The notes beneath the pieces were generated by a model. That model ran no database searches. It was not told where the DNA came from and was given only the letters and a program-made list of their open reading frames with translations. A DNA stretch of 39,730 nt from a bacterium (lineage in GTDB: Bacteria; SZUA-182; DTGQ01): NCBI GenBank assembly GCA_049472445.1, contig JBLIRT010000005.1, positions 1 through 39,730 on the forward strand. Direction: 5' to 3'. Shown here piece after piece: positions 9,566 through 19,359 of the stretch (its first letter is position 1; each line of letters begins with the position of its first letter). Position numbers and translations under genes: made by a program.

Positions 9566-10141
9566 TCAAAATCCGCCGAAATAGTACACATTCATCGGCC
9601 ATCCAAAACCGCCGAGTCCACCATAGCCGAGTCCGCCGAATAAGCCTCCCATCAAACCAAACATAGGCTGGGCCTGATAGAAGTTACTATAATTTCCAAA
9701 AGCGCTTCCGGAAGTATAGCCTTGGGTACTCCAGCCAGGGGTTGGAGCAACCTGCGGATTCTGGCCATAGGAGAAGGGGCCGTATGATATCTGGGCCATG
9801 GGGCTGAACATGCCCTGGTAGCCGAGTAAGGGTCCGCCCAATCCCATGCCGAGACCTGAGCTGGAATAATTAACGAAGGAGCCGGTCAGAGGATTATAGG
9901 ACTGGTAGGTGTAACCCTGCTCTCCAATTCCATAATCCGGTCCGTATCTACCGACCATCCAGGTTTGACCAAACGGTCCTGAGCCATACTGCGACTCGTA
10001 CCAATCAGCATATCTGGTTGTAGTACTGCTATTATCACTTCTTTCGGCTGCATTGATAACCGGACAGGTGATAAAGGCTAACGCTATCAGGCAGATGGAA
10101 AAAACGTGAATAATACTGATAATACATTCCCCCCGCTTCAT
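9566..10141 (-). CDS. Secreted Gly/Tyr-rich low-complexity protein
   Basis: AAGGAGG RBS before ATG 10141; signal peptide ending INA-A; mature part rich in G/Y/S/Q/F (GGLFGGLGYGGLGGFG); terminator follows. Confidence 0.75.
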   Translation of the reverse strand: MKRGECIISIIHVFSICLIALAFITCPVINAAERSDNSSTTTRYADWYESQYGSGPFGQTWMVGRYGPDYGIGEQGYTYQSYNPLTGSFVNYSSSGLGMGLGGPLLGYQGMFSPMAQISYGPFSYGQNPQVAPTPGWSTQGYTSGSAFGNYSNFYQAQPMFGLMGGLFGGLGYGGLGGFGWPMNVYYFGGF

Positions 10142-10599
10142 TTTAAAATCCTCCTTGCTTCTTTTTTTCATTTGAAAAATTCATTGACCCTCTCCTTGGT
10201 ATGCCTGTTGAGTATGAGGGCTTCATGTTTCAGGTATGAGGCATAGACACATCACCTCCTTTTCAGCTTGGAACCGTTGATAATCTTAAGAAGCTTAAGA
10301 ATAATAGAAATGATATGAAATATTACAATTATAATTATATAAAATTTTAATATGGTGTTTATCATCTTAGACGAATTGAACAAAAAGTAATTACGCAAAT
10401 ACAAGAAGGAAGAAGAAAATTTTTAAATCAATTTTATTTGAAATTTATTAGTAATATATAGTATAATAATAGTATATATATTTATTTAATATTTCATACT
10501 TCTATTTATTACTTATAATTTATTCCCGATTATTTTTACTCCTCCATGAAAAGTACTCATGGCTAAGATGAGAGATAACTATCTTACGTTATCCCTTTC

Positions 10600-11679
10600 A
10601 TGAAATCATCACTTCATCATAGAAAGGAGAGCCTTACCATGTCTTCAGGAGAAGAAAGTACTATAAACGTTCCATTTATCAATCCTTTTGGCAAGACTGC
10701 CGCAAGCCAGGTCTTTTTTTTCTCCCTTTTGATTATATTTATGGCCGTTTCCCCTGCTCAATCCTGCTTCCCACCGGGGCAACCAGCAAAAGGCCCCGGC
10801 GGCTCAGACTATTCGTATAATGCAATTATCTGTAATCTTTACGGGAGTGGTGCCCAGGGATATTATCTTTTCGAACCCGTAGTCGAATCGGATGAACAAA
10901 GGCCGGAATCTTTACCTGTGATTGTCTTTGTCCATGGATTGCTCCTAACCAACCCGGATATTTATGGCGGATGGATTAACCACATAGTAAGAAAGGGTAA
11001 TATTGTTATCTTTCCGATATACCAAACGTTATTCACCCCTTATGGTCATTTTGTCACCAACGTCATGGCCTCAATTAAGGCAGCTCTTGAAGAGTTACAT
11101 CGGGACGATCATATAAGGCCGGATACAACAAAGTTTGCCTTAGTTGGCCACTCCTGCGGTGGAGTACTCGTTGTCAACGTTGCTGCTTTGGCCGGAAGCG
11201 CAGGGTTACCTCTTCCTGATGCTATCATGGCCGTTGCTCCAGGGCTCTCATCAGCAATTGGTTTTGAGAATTTAAGGGAAATTGATTCTGGAACTCTTTT
11301 ACTGGCGACAGCAGGTGATGCAGACTTCATGACCAGAGATGTTGATGCAAGGGCGATTTATCAGGGCACTACTAACATCCATCCTGATAATAAAGATCTT
11401 GTTATCTTTCGTTCAGATTACCATGGATTTCCCTTTCTGGTGGCCGGCCATTTTGCACCTTGCGGTTCAACGTCTGATTGCGGCCTTTGTATTGGTATTG
11501 ACGCTCTCGATTATTATGGCTACTGGAAATTATTCGAGGCACTCACTGATGCTGCCTTTGATAAGATAAACCGGGAATATGCACTTGGAAATACTGATGA
11601 ACAGCGCGACATGGGTGATTGGAGCGATGGCACTTGTGTGAATGAACTGATTGTTCTTGATCTCGATGCTGAGCCTTAA
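10600..11679 (+). CDS. Alpha/beta hydrolase (chlorophyllase/lipase-like), probably exported
   Basis: PVIVFVHG, nucleophile elbow GHSCGG, candidate Asp (GDAD) and His (AGHFAP); hydrophobic signal-like stretch. The start may be ATG 10639 (AAGGAG RBS). Confidence 0.82.
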   Translation: MKSSLHHRKESLTMSSGEESTINVPFINPFGKTAASQVFFFSLLIIFMAVSPAQSCFPPGQPAKGPGGSDYSYNAIICNLYGSGAQGYYLFEPVVESDEQRPESLPVIVFVHGLLLTNPDIYGGWINHIVRKGNIVIFPIYQTLFTPYGHFVTNVMASIKAALEELHRDDHIRPDTTKFALVGHSCGGVLVVNVAALAGSAGLPLPDAIMAVAPGLSSAIGFENLREIDSGTLLLATAGDADFMTRDVDARAIYQGTTNIHPDNKDLVIFRSDYHGFPFLVAGHFAPCGSTSDCGLCIGIDALDYYGYWKLFEALTDAAFDKINREYALGNTDEQRDMGDWSDGTCVNELIVLDLDAEP

Positions 11680-12001
11680 ATTGACCTTGATTCATTTTAC
11701 GAAATATGTAGCCGTTACGATGTAAAATCAAGAGTTCATGATATCCGGCGATAAAGAAGCACCTCAGGTATCAAACCTGCAGGAAATCATAATATGGGGG
11801 ATATAGATTCTTTCAATGAGGTAGGATGGCTGATATCTGGGGTGCTTTTTTTCCTGTGAAACCTTCATGACCCATTTCGAGTCAGCAATGAGCATGGACA
11901 TGGGGGTAAACTCTATTCATAATACATGGCGGCCTGTCCTGAAAGATGTAACCGTTGCCCCGGGCCTGGGCTTGATTTACCTGCCCCTGGAAATCCGACT
12001 C

Positions 12002-12030
12002 TTGACACCTGATCAATAATTTTATACATT
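12002..12030 (+). promoter_or_regulatory. Putative sigma70 promoter for the MFS gene
   Basis: TTGACA-17 nt-TACATT. Confidence 0.55.
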
Positions 12031-12103
12031 CGATGAATTCGGTCAGGTTACGAACAATGAGCCTGTCTGGGAAATGTAAATATCTTCGGGGTGAGAGGGC
12101 AGG

Positions 12104-13435
12104 ATGAAATCATCAGGCGGACTGGCCAGGGTCCTTCGTTATCGCTGGTTTATTTTTTCCACCTTAGCCTTCAGCTACATTCTCGTTTATTTCCATCGGC
12201 TGTGTCCGGCAGTGGTGGCCGTGGACATGATGCGTGATCTGAAGGCCACGGGTGTTCTCCTGGGGCTTCTTGGCTCGGCTTACTTTTATCCATATGCCGT
12301 CATGCAGCTCCCGGCCGGTCTTCTGGCCGATTCGTGGGGGCCGCGCAAAACCATCACCACCTTTTTCGGGGTTGCTTTTGTGGGCTCAATCATGCTTGGC
12401 TGGTCTCCTTCGGTCTTCTGGGCTATTTTAGGGCGAACCCTGGTCGGACTCGGAGTTTCCATGCTGTTCGTGCCTACCATGAAGGTCCTGGCCGTATGGT
12501 TCCGGAAAAACGAATTTGCCGGTATGGCCGGCATCCTGGTGGCCATGGGCGGCCTGGGATCGATAACGGCTACATCTCCTCTGGCCTGGCTGAGCAGGGC
12601 CGTAGGTTGGCGATACTCCTTCATTATGGTCGGAATAATTACCTTTCTCATGGGTAGCCTGGTCTGGATGATCGTAAGAGATCACCCGGCGGATATGGGC
12701 TGGCCATCACCTCTGGAAAATGCACCCGCCGGGCAGACTTCCCTCAGCTTATGGGAAGGAATAAAAAAGGTGGTACGTTACGGTCCTTTCTGGCCTCTGG
12801 CCATCTGGTTTTTTGCCGGCTGTGCCATATTCTTTTCCTTTATTGGATTATGGGGAGGGCCTTACCTTATGCATGTCTATGGTTTTACCAAACCGCAGGC
12901 AGGTAATATTCTCATGATGTCAGCTTTGGGTATGGTGTTCGGCAGCCCCCTCTTGAGCTTCTTCTCAAACCGGGTGTGTAAGGGCCGTAAGCCAGTTTTG
13001 GTCATAGCCAGTTTCGTCACCCTTCTCCTGACGGCTGTTCTGGCCTTTTTCCCTCATACACTGCCCATACCGGCTCTCTATTTCCTTTGCTTTTCCATGG
13101 GAGTTTTCACCAATGCTATTGTGGCCATCGGTTTTACGGCCACCAAGGAGCTTTTTCCCATCCAGATCGCCGGCACGTCAACCGGCCTGATCAATTTTTT
13201 CCCCTTCCTGGGTGGAGCTCTCCTTCAGCCCATCATGGGATACCTGCTGGAGCAGGGTGGAAAAACCGGCCATACGTTCACCATAGCCGGCTATCAGAAG
13301 GCTTTCATGGCCCTGTTTATCTGCGGAATCATAACCTTTCTGGCCAGCCTGTTCATCAAGGAGACCATGAGCGGGAAGGTTGGAGTTCAAGAAGAAGGAG
13401 GGGAAATCTCCTCCCTGGTGAAAACCTCTACCTGA
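12104..13435 (+). CDS. MFS transporter (GlpT/ACS-like)
   Basis: About 12 hydrophobic segments; YFHR, motif A-like GLLADSWGPRK, WF, GWR. Confidence 0.92.
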   Translation: MKSSGGLARVLRYRWFIFSTLAFSYILVYFHRLCPAVVAVDMMRDLKATGVLLGLLGSAYFYPYAVMQLPAGLLADSWGPRKTITTFFGVAFVGSIMLGWSPSVFWAILGRTLVGLGVSMLFVPTMKVLAVWFRKNEFAGMAGILVAMGGLGSITATSPLAWLSRAVGWRYSFIMVGIITFLMGSLVWMIVRDHPADMGWPSPLENAPAGQTSLSLWEGIKKVVRYGPFWPLAIWFFAGCAIFFSFIGLWGGPYLMHVYGFTKPQAGNILMMSALGMVFGSPLLSFFSNRVCKGRKPVLVIASFVTLLLTAVLAFFPHTLPIPALYFLCFSMGVFTNAIVAIGFTATKELFPIQIAGTSTGLINFFPFLGGALLQPIMGYLLEQGGKTGHTFTIAGYQKAFMALFICGIITFLASLFIKETMSGKVGVQEEGGEISSLVKTST

Positions 13436-15162
13436 TCGTGCAGGTGAAAACGGGTAAATTTTCCGGTAAGGAGAATACCACAGGTATTCCCCTCTCCAAT
13501 CTCATCCACGAATTCATCGTAATGCTTCAAAGAAGCAATCTTCCCGGTATAAAGAACAATTCCCCGATGAATTATTCGCGCCTGATAACCCTTGAAAAAC
13601 TTTCCCCGCTGAACGAGACAGCCGGCTACTGTGCCAACCTGGGGTATATGGAATACTTTTATTATTTCCCCCTGGCCGACAATTTCTTCGCGATATTGGG
13701 GGACAACCAATCCTTGAGCAGCTCTGGCCATCTCATCCATGAGTTCATAGATGAGATTATAGAGACGTATTTCCACTCTCTCCTGCTGAGCCAATCTGGT
13801 GGCTTTGGGATCAGGCTTGACATTGAAACCTATGACCATTCCATGAGAGGCAGAGGCAAGCAGGACATCTGATTCTGATATGGGGCCTACTCCATGGTGA
13901 ATAATCTCGATCCTGGCCCCAGGGACCTGAAGGTTTTTTATTGACTGCACAATGGGCTGTAAAGACCCGAAAACATCAACCTTGACCACCAGGAAGAGTA
14001 CGGGTATCTTTCCCTTTTCAATCTCCTGCTGATAAGCCTTCAGATCGACGGGTTTCCTTTTGAAACCAAATCCGCTGACGACCTCATATTGTTTCGCTAT
14101 GAGCTCGGACAATTTCCTGGCATCCCTTTCATCAGAGAGCTGAAAGAAAGGATCACCTGCCTTGGGCATTTCGGAAAAGGAAGAGATCTGAACCGGTGTT
14201 GAAGGAGGGGCTGAGGTTACCTGCCTTCCATATTCATTCATCATGAATCGAACACGACCATAGGTTTGACCGCAAACAAAGGAATCCTTCACCTGGATTG
14301 TCCCATCCTGAATCAGGACTGTGGCCAGTGATCCCAAGTGCCTGTCGAGCCGACTCTCCACAACCGTTCCTCGAGCCATTCGACCCGGATCAGCTTTTAA
14401 TTCCAGGATCTCGGCCAGGAGGAGAATCATTTCTAAAAGGTGGTCCAGGTTTTTCTGAAATTTGGCGGAGATATCCACATAAATAGTTTCCCCCTGCCAT
14501 TCTTCCGGGATCAATCCGTGCCCGGCTAACTGTTCACGGACCCGCTGAGGGTTCGCCCCGGGCTTGTCAATTTTATTTACGGCCACCAGAATAGGTACAT
14601 GAGCTGCTCTGGCATGTTGGACAGCTTCAAGAGTCTGGGCCTTAACTCCATCATCAGCAGCAACAACCAGGACGACAATATCCGTTATCAGAGCACCTCT
14701 GGCTCTCATGGACACGAAGGCCTCGTGTCCCGGAGTATCAAGAAAAACGATATCGCCACCAGGCACATGAATCTTATACGCTCCAATGTGCTGGGTTATG
14801 GCTCCCGGTTCCCGGGCAGCCAGATTCGTATGCCGAATAGCATCCAGGAGCACGGTTTTGCCATGATCTACATGCCCCATAACCGTTACGACCGGCGGCC
14901 GGTTTTCGAGTATCTTCTTCGGCCCCGGTTCTATGGAAAGAATATCCTCTTTGCCTCTGGTTGAAACTTTGATACGAAAGCCTTCTTGCTCAATAATCCA
15001 GACAGCCTGCTCAATCTTCAGCCGATCTCCATCCGTGGTGTACCTTCCCATAGAGTGGAGGGACTTCTCAATTTCCGCTGGCGCTTTCTGTAACGCTCTT
15101 GCCAGTTGCCGGGTTGTTATAGGCGGCTCCAGCTCTATGACCATAATTTTTTCCTTTGTCAA
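13387..15162 (-). CDS. infB: Translation initiation factor IF-2, short and divergent
   Basis: [59 protein letters not shown]. The start may be ATG 15144. Confidence 0.88.
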   Translation of the reverse strand: MTKEKIMVIELEPPITTRQLARALQKAPAEIEKSLHSMGRYTTDGDRLKIEQAVWIIEQEGFRIKVSTRGKEDILSIEPGPKKILENRPPVVTVMGHVDHGKTVLLDAIRHTNLAAREPGAITQHIGAYKIHVPGGDIVFLDTPGHEAFVSMRARGALITDIVVLVVAADDGVKAQTLEAVQHARAAHVPILVAVNKIDKPGANPQRVREQLAGHGLIPEEWQGETIYVDISAKFQKNLDHLLEMILLLAEILELKADPGRMARGTVVESRLDRHLGSLATVLIQDGTIQVKDSFVCGQTYGRVRFMMNEYGRQVTSAPPSTPVQISSFSEMPKAGDPFFQLSDERDARKLSELIAKQYEVVSGFGFKRKPVDLKAYQQEIEKGKIPVLFLVVKVDVFGSLQPIVQSIKNLQVPGARIEIIHHGVGPISESDVLLASASHGMVIGFNVKPDPKATRLAQQERVEIRLYNLIYELMDEMARAAQGLVVPQYREEIVGQGEIIKVFHIPQVGTVAGCLVQRGKFFKGYQARIIHRGIVLYTGKIASLKHYDEFVDEIGEGNTCGILLTGKFTRFHLHDQVEVFTREEISPPSS

Positions 15163-15389
15163 TCTCTCTCTCTAAGTCTCTTACCCTCATGGTACGACCA
15201 ATTGATAATTCGGTTCATCGTATTTTCCCCCTTGCCCTTCGCTTTGAAATTATGATATAACCGTCAAAGAGGACGACTTTGATTTTGTGCTTCGATCCTC
15301 AATTTTTTTCCTCATAACTCCAATGATGATTTTCCTGACTCTTTAAACTTCATGATCATACCGGCTGGAGAGGAATTGGATGAGAACTC

Positions 15390-17873
15390 ATGGCAGGTAA
15401 AGAGTCAGCAGGAGCTTACAGTATACCTATGGATGATAAAGATCAGAAAGTAACGGAACTGCAACAGGATCAGGAAGAGAAGGATGTTGTTCTGGCCTCG
15501 GAAATTCTTCCCAAGAACCTGGCTATCATACCGATTCGAGACCGGCCAATATTCCCGGGACTGGTCATCCCTATCATTATAGAAAATGCGACCATGAGCC
15601 ATGCGGTAGAGCATGTCTATCAAAATTCATCCCAAAAAATTATTGGTCTGTTTCTCACCACGAGTGAAGAGGATGGTGAAGAGAATAATGGAGGAAGCCA
15701 GAAGACCTACCGCCTGGAAGATATTTACTCGGTCGGAGTAGCTGCCAAGATCATCAAGATTATTCCTACGGAGAGCAATGAAGAGCTGCACGTACTTATC
15801 TCGGCTTTAGAACGAGTTGAATTGAAAGAGATTATGGCCCAGGATCCATTTCCGATGGGGCTCGTGGAATACCACTTTGAACCGAAATTTTCCATGAATG
15901 AGGAGTTGAAAGCTTACTCTATGGCTATCGTCTCCTCCATAAAGGAACTGCTGAAATTCAATCCTCTTTTTAAGGAAGAGTTAAAGATCTTTTTGACCCG
16001 ATCCACCCTGGAAGAACCTGGAAAACTCGCTGATTTTGCCGCTTCCCTTACGACGGCGGACCGTGAACAGCTCCAGATAGTATTGGAGACGTTTAAGATC
16101 CGGGAGCGGATTGACAAGGTTTTATTATTACTCCGGAAGGAATTGGATGTAACCAGGCTGCAGGCAAAAATCACCAAACAGATTGAAGATAAAATTTCCA
16201 GTCATCAGCGTACCTTTTTTCTGAGAGAGCAGTTAAAAGCCATTCAGAAAGAATTGGGAATTATCAAAGATGAGCGTACTGCTGTTCTGGAAAAATTCAC
16301 CAACCGGATAAAAAAGCTGAAAATGTCCAAGGAGGCCATGAAGGTAGTCGAGGAAGAGCTGGAAAAGGTCATGATGCTGGAGCCATCTTCTCCGGAGTAT
16401 CACGTCTCCTACAATTACCTTGACTGGCTGACATCTTTACCCTGGGGGAGAAAATCAAAAGATAATTACAATCTGGAAAAAGCTCAAAAGACTCTCGACC
16501 AGGACCACTATGGCCTGGAAGATGTAAAGGAAAGAATTCTGGAATTCATCAGTGTCGGTAAGCTCCGTAAGAACATTACCGGCTCTATTCTTTGCTTTAT
16601 CGGGCCCCCGGGGGTTGGTAAAACCTCCCTCGGGAAATCCATTGCTCATACCCTGGGCAGAAAATTTTACCGTTTCTCGTTGGGTGGGATGAGGGATGAA
16701 GCTGAAATCAAAGGGCACAGGCGGACCTATATCGGGGCCATGCCCGGGAAATTCATGCAGAGCCTCAAGGTGGTTCAGACTTGTAATCCTGTCATTATGC
16801 TTGATGAGATTGATAAGGTTGGCAAGAGTTATCAGGGTGATCCCGCCTCCGCTCTCCTGGAGGTACTCGATCCTGAACAGAATGTTGAATTTTTAGACCA
16901 CTTTATTGATGTCCGCTTCGATTTTTCTAATATTCTCTTTATCGCCACGGCTAATCAGCCTGATACCATTCCTGCTCCCCTCCGTGATCGAATGGAGACT
17001 TTAAGGCTCTCCGGATATGTGCTTCAGGAAAAGGTTGAAATCGCCAAGAGATTCTTAATTCCAAAGCAGCTTAAAAATCACGGATTAACGAGGAAAAAGG
17101 TGATTATTCAGGATGAGGCCCTCAAGCAGATGATCGATGAATACGCCCGTGAGGCCGGTGTCCGCAGTTTGGAAAACAACATAAAAAAAATTTTTCGGAA
17201 AACAGCCCGATACTTTGCCAACGGCGGAAAAGGCTCTGTGATCATCACGCCGAAGAATTTATCTCACTATTTGGGGAAACCGGTATTTTTTGATGATGAA
17301 ATGAATAAGGACAAAATACCAGGCGTCGTAACCGGCTTGGCCTGGACAGAGACGGGCGGCACTACTCTCTCAATTGAGGCCACGGGCATTTTATCAAGAA
17401 GAAAAGGATTCAAGCAGACCGGCCAATTGGGAGATATCATGATCGAGTCATCCGAAACTGCTTATAGTTATATCATGTCCTCCCTGGCTAAATATCAGGC
17501 TGATCACCATTATTTCGACAAGCATTTTGTCCACATCCATGTTCCGGCCGGGGCTACACCGAAAGATGGTCCCTCAGCAGGTATGACTATGGCTACGGCC
17601 TTACTTTCCCTGGTTCTCAAGAAACCGATATCATCAGAAACAGCCATGACCGGGGAGATCACCCTCACCGGCCGAATCTTGCCTATTGGAGGGGTGAAAG
17701 AGAAAACTATTGCCGCCAGACGGGCCAAAATAAAAGAGGTTATTTTTCCAAAGGGCAATGAGAAAGATTTTGAGGAACTTCCCTGTTACATAAAAGAGGG
17801 GATCACTTCTCATTTTGTTGAAAAATTTGATGATATTTACCATATTTTATTCCAGAGCCGCCCATCCGCCTGA
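15390..17873 (+). CDS. lon: ATP-dependent Lon protease
   Basis: LON N-domain, DHYGL, GPPGVGKTS, RRTYIGAMPG, PKDGPSAG (catalytic Ser), IGGVKEK (catalytic Lys). Confidence 0.97.
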   Translation: MAGKESAGAYSIPMDDKDQKVTELQQDQEEKDVVLASEILPKNLAIIPIRDRPIFPGLVIPIIIENATMSHAVEHVYQNSSQKIIGLFLTTSEEDGEENNGGSQKTYRLEDIYSVGVAAKIIKIIPTESNEELHVLISALERVELKEIMAQDPFPMGLVEYHFEPKFSMNEELKAYSMAIVSSIKELLKFNPLFKEELKIFLTRSTLEEPGKLADFAASLTTADREQLQIVLETFKIRERIDKVLLLLRKELDVTRLQAKITKQIEDKISSHQRTFFLREQLKAIQKELGIIKDERTAVLEKFTNRIKKLKMSKEAMKVVEEELEKVMMLEPSSPEYHVSYNYLDWLTSLPWGRKSKDNYNLEKAQKTLDQDHYGLEDVKERILEFISVGKLRKNITGSILCFIGPPGVGKTSLGKSIAHTLGRKFYRFSLGGMRDEAEIKGHRRTYIGAMPGKFMQSLKVVQTCNPVIMLDEIDKVGKSYQGDPASALLEVLDPEQNVEFLDHFIDVRFDFSNILFIATANQPDTIPAPLRDRMETLRLSGYVLQEKVEIAKRFLIPKQLKNHGLTRKKVIIQDEALKQMIDEYAREAGVRSLENNIKKIFRKTARYFANGGKGSVIITPKNLSHYLGKPVFFDDEMNKDKIPGVVTGLAWTETGGTTLSIEATGILSRRKGFKQTGQLGDIMIESSETAYSYIMSSLAKYQADHHYFDKHFVHIHVPAGATPKDGPSAGMTMATALLSLVLKKPISSETAMTGEITLTGRILPIGGVKEKTIAARRAKIKEVIFPKGNEKDFEELPCYIKEGITSHFVEKFDDIYHILFQSRPSA

Positions 17874-18014
17874 TTCCTGGTGGCGATTTTTAAAAAAAAG
17901 GCCGATGTAATCACTATCTTCAAACCATATGACCTTTCAGGTCACCACGAACCATGAATATGAGAGACCCGTTTTCAAGTCAAATGAATGGTAAACCCCG
18001 GCTAAGAAGCGAGG

Positions 18015-18833
18015 ATGAAAGGAAACGACATGTTGGGCATTGGGAAAAATATTCGACTTGAGAGAATCATAGACCGAAATACAAGAAGGACTGTTATCGT
18101 GCCCATGGACCATGGAGTGACCCTTGGTCCGATTGAAGGGATTATTAATATGCAGAATATGGTGAATGAAATCGCTGAAGGGGGAGCCAATGCCGTCCTG
18201 GGCCACATCGGCCTTCCCTTGCACGGTCACCGGAAACATGGGCGGGATATAGGGCTTATCCTCCACCTTTCAGGGAGTACTGTCTGGGCTCCTGATCCAA
18301 ATGCCAAGGTTCTTGTTAATACGGTTGATATGGCTTTAAAGATCGGGGCTGATGCCGTATCGGTCCATATCAATATCGGAGCTGAGAGTGAATCCAAGAT
18401 GCTGCAGGACCTGGGAGAGGTATCCGTCAGGTGCCTGGAGTGGGGAATGCCCCTATTAGCCATGATGTATACGAGAGGGGAAAAATTTCACGAGGAGAGT
18501 TCATCTGAGGGAGTGAAACATGCCGCCCGGATTGCTGCTGAACTGGGGGCTGATCTCGTCAAGGTAAGCTATACCGGATCAAAAGAATCCTTCCAGGAGG
18601 TCGTCAAGGGTTGTCCCATTCCGGTGCTTATAGCGGGTGGGGAAAAAGCAAAAAATGAACGCGAGATCTTTAGAATAATAAAAGATGCACTTGAGGCCGG
18701 AGGCTCGGGCGTCTCGATAGGGCGTAATATCTTTCAGCATGAGAAAAAGCAATTAATGGTCAAGGCCATTTGCAGCATGGTTCACGACGATATCAGTGTG
18801 GATGAGGCCATGAGGATCGTGGGGTCTGATTAG
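18015..18833 (+). CDS. DhnA-type class I aldolase (2-amino-3,7-dideoxy-D-threo-hept-6-ulosonate synthase / FBP aldolase-like)
   Basis: IVPMDHG, GADAVSVHINIG, AAELGADLVK (Schiff-base Lys), IAGG, GRNIFQ. The start may be ATG 18030. Confidence 0.88.
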   Translation: MKGNDMLGIGKNIRLERIIDRNTRRTVIVPMDHGVTLGPIEGIINMQNMVNEIAEGGANAVLGHIGLPLHGHRKHGRDIGLILHLSGSTVWAPDPNAKVLVNTVDMALKIGADAVSVHINIGAESESKMLQDLGEVSVRCLEWGMPLLAMMYTRGEKFHEESSSEGVKHAARIAAELGADLVKVSYTGSKESFQEVVKGCPIPVLIAGGEKAKNEREIFRIIKDALEAGGSGVSIGRNIFQHEKKQLMVKAICSMVHDDISVDEAMRIVGSD

Positions 18834-19032
18834 TATCCGATCCGTATGTTCTATGTAAAAGGGCCATACATTGTATGGACCTGGTAAGTATATGTTCTTT
18901 TGAGAAATTTACCTGCCTTTTTCGCTTACCTTGTTCGTTTTATGCATCCTGCTTATCTTCCATCGGAAGATAAAGGAGGACCCGTCACAACCTATATCTA
19001 AGATAATCCTCACCTTACCTGCTTTTCGCTTT

Positions 19033-19050
19033 CAGGCATTAAATTTGCCT
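19033..19050 (+). promoter_or_regulatory. Putative sigma54 (-24/-12) promoter
   Basis: CAGGCATTAAATTTGCCT has GG-N10-GC with TTGC, upstream of the Gly/Tyr-rich gene. Confidence 0.6.
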
Positions 19051-19359
19051 ATCACCAAAATGAACCACTAACGTGAAACCTTCTCTCTTCCAACTAGGAG
19101 CTTGTAGTTTGACTATATCTTTTTTTATTAGAGCTTAAGGAGGTGAACGGTAACACACATAAGGCAAGGTCAGTTTTAGTCGATACCCGCATCAACCCTA
19201 ACTGGTCCAATCGCCAACAAAATATGTCATTGGAAACGGCTAGAGGGAGTCACTTCTAACTTTAGCCGCACTGATTAATGCATTATGTACTTAACGATTG
19301 GACCACTAACATTCATTAGCTGATAAAGACTCAGGAAAGTGTATGAGGAGGAAGGAAGT

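Noticed and set aside
13087-13872. 261-aa plus-strand ORF
   Set aside because: It is off-frame within the MFS gene and antisense to infB, with no protein-like features.
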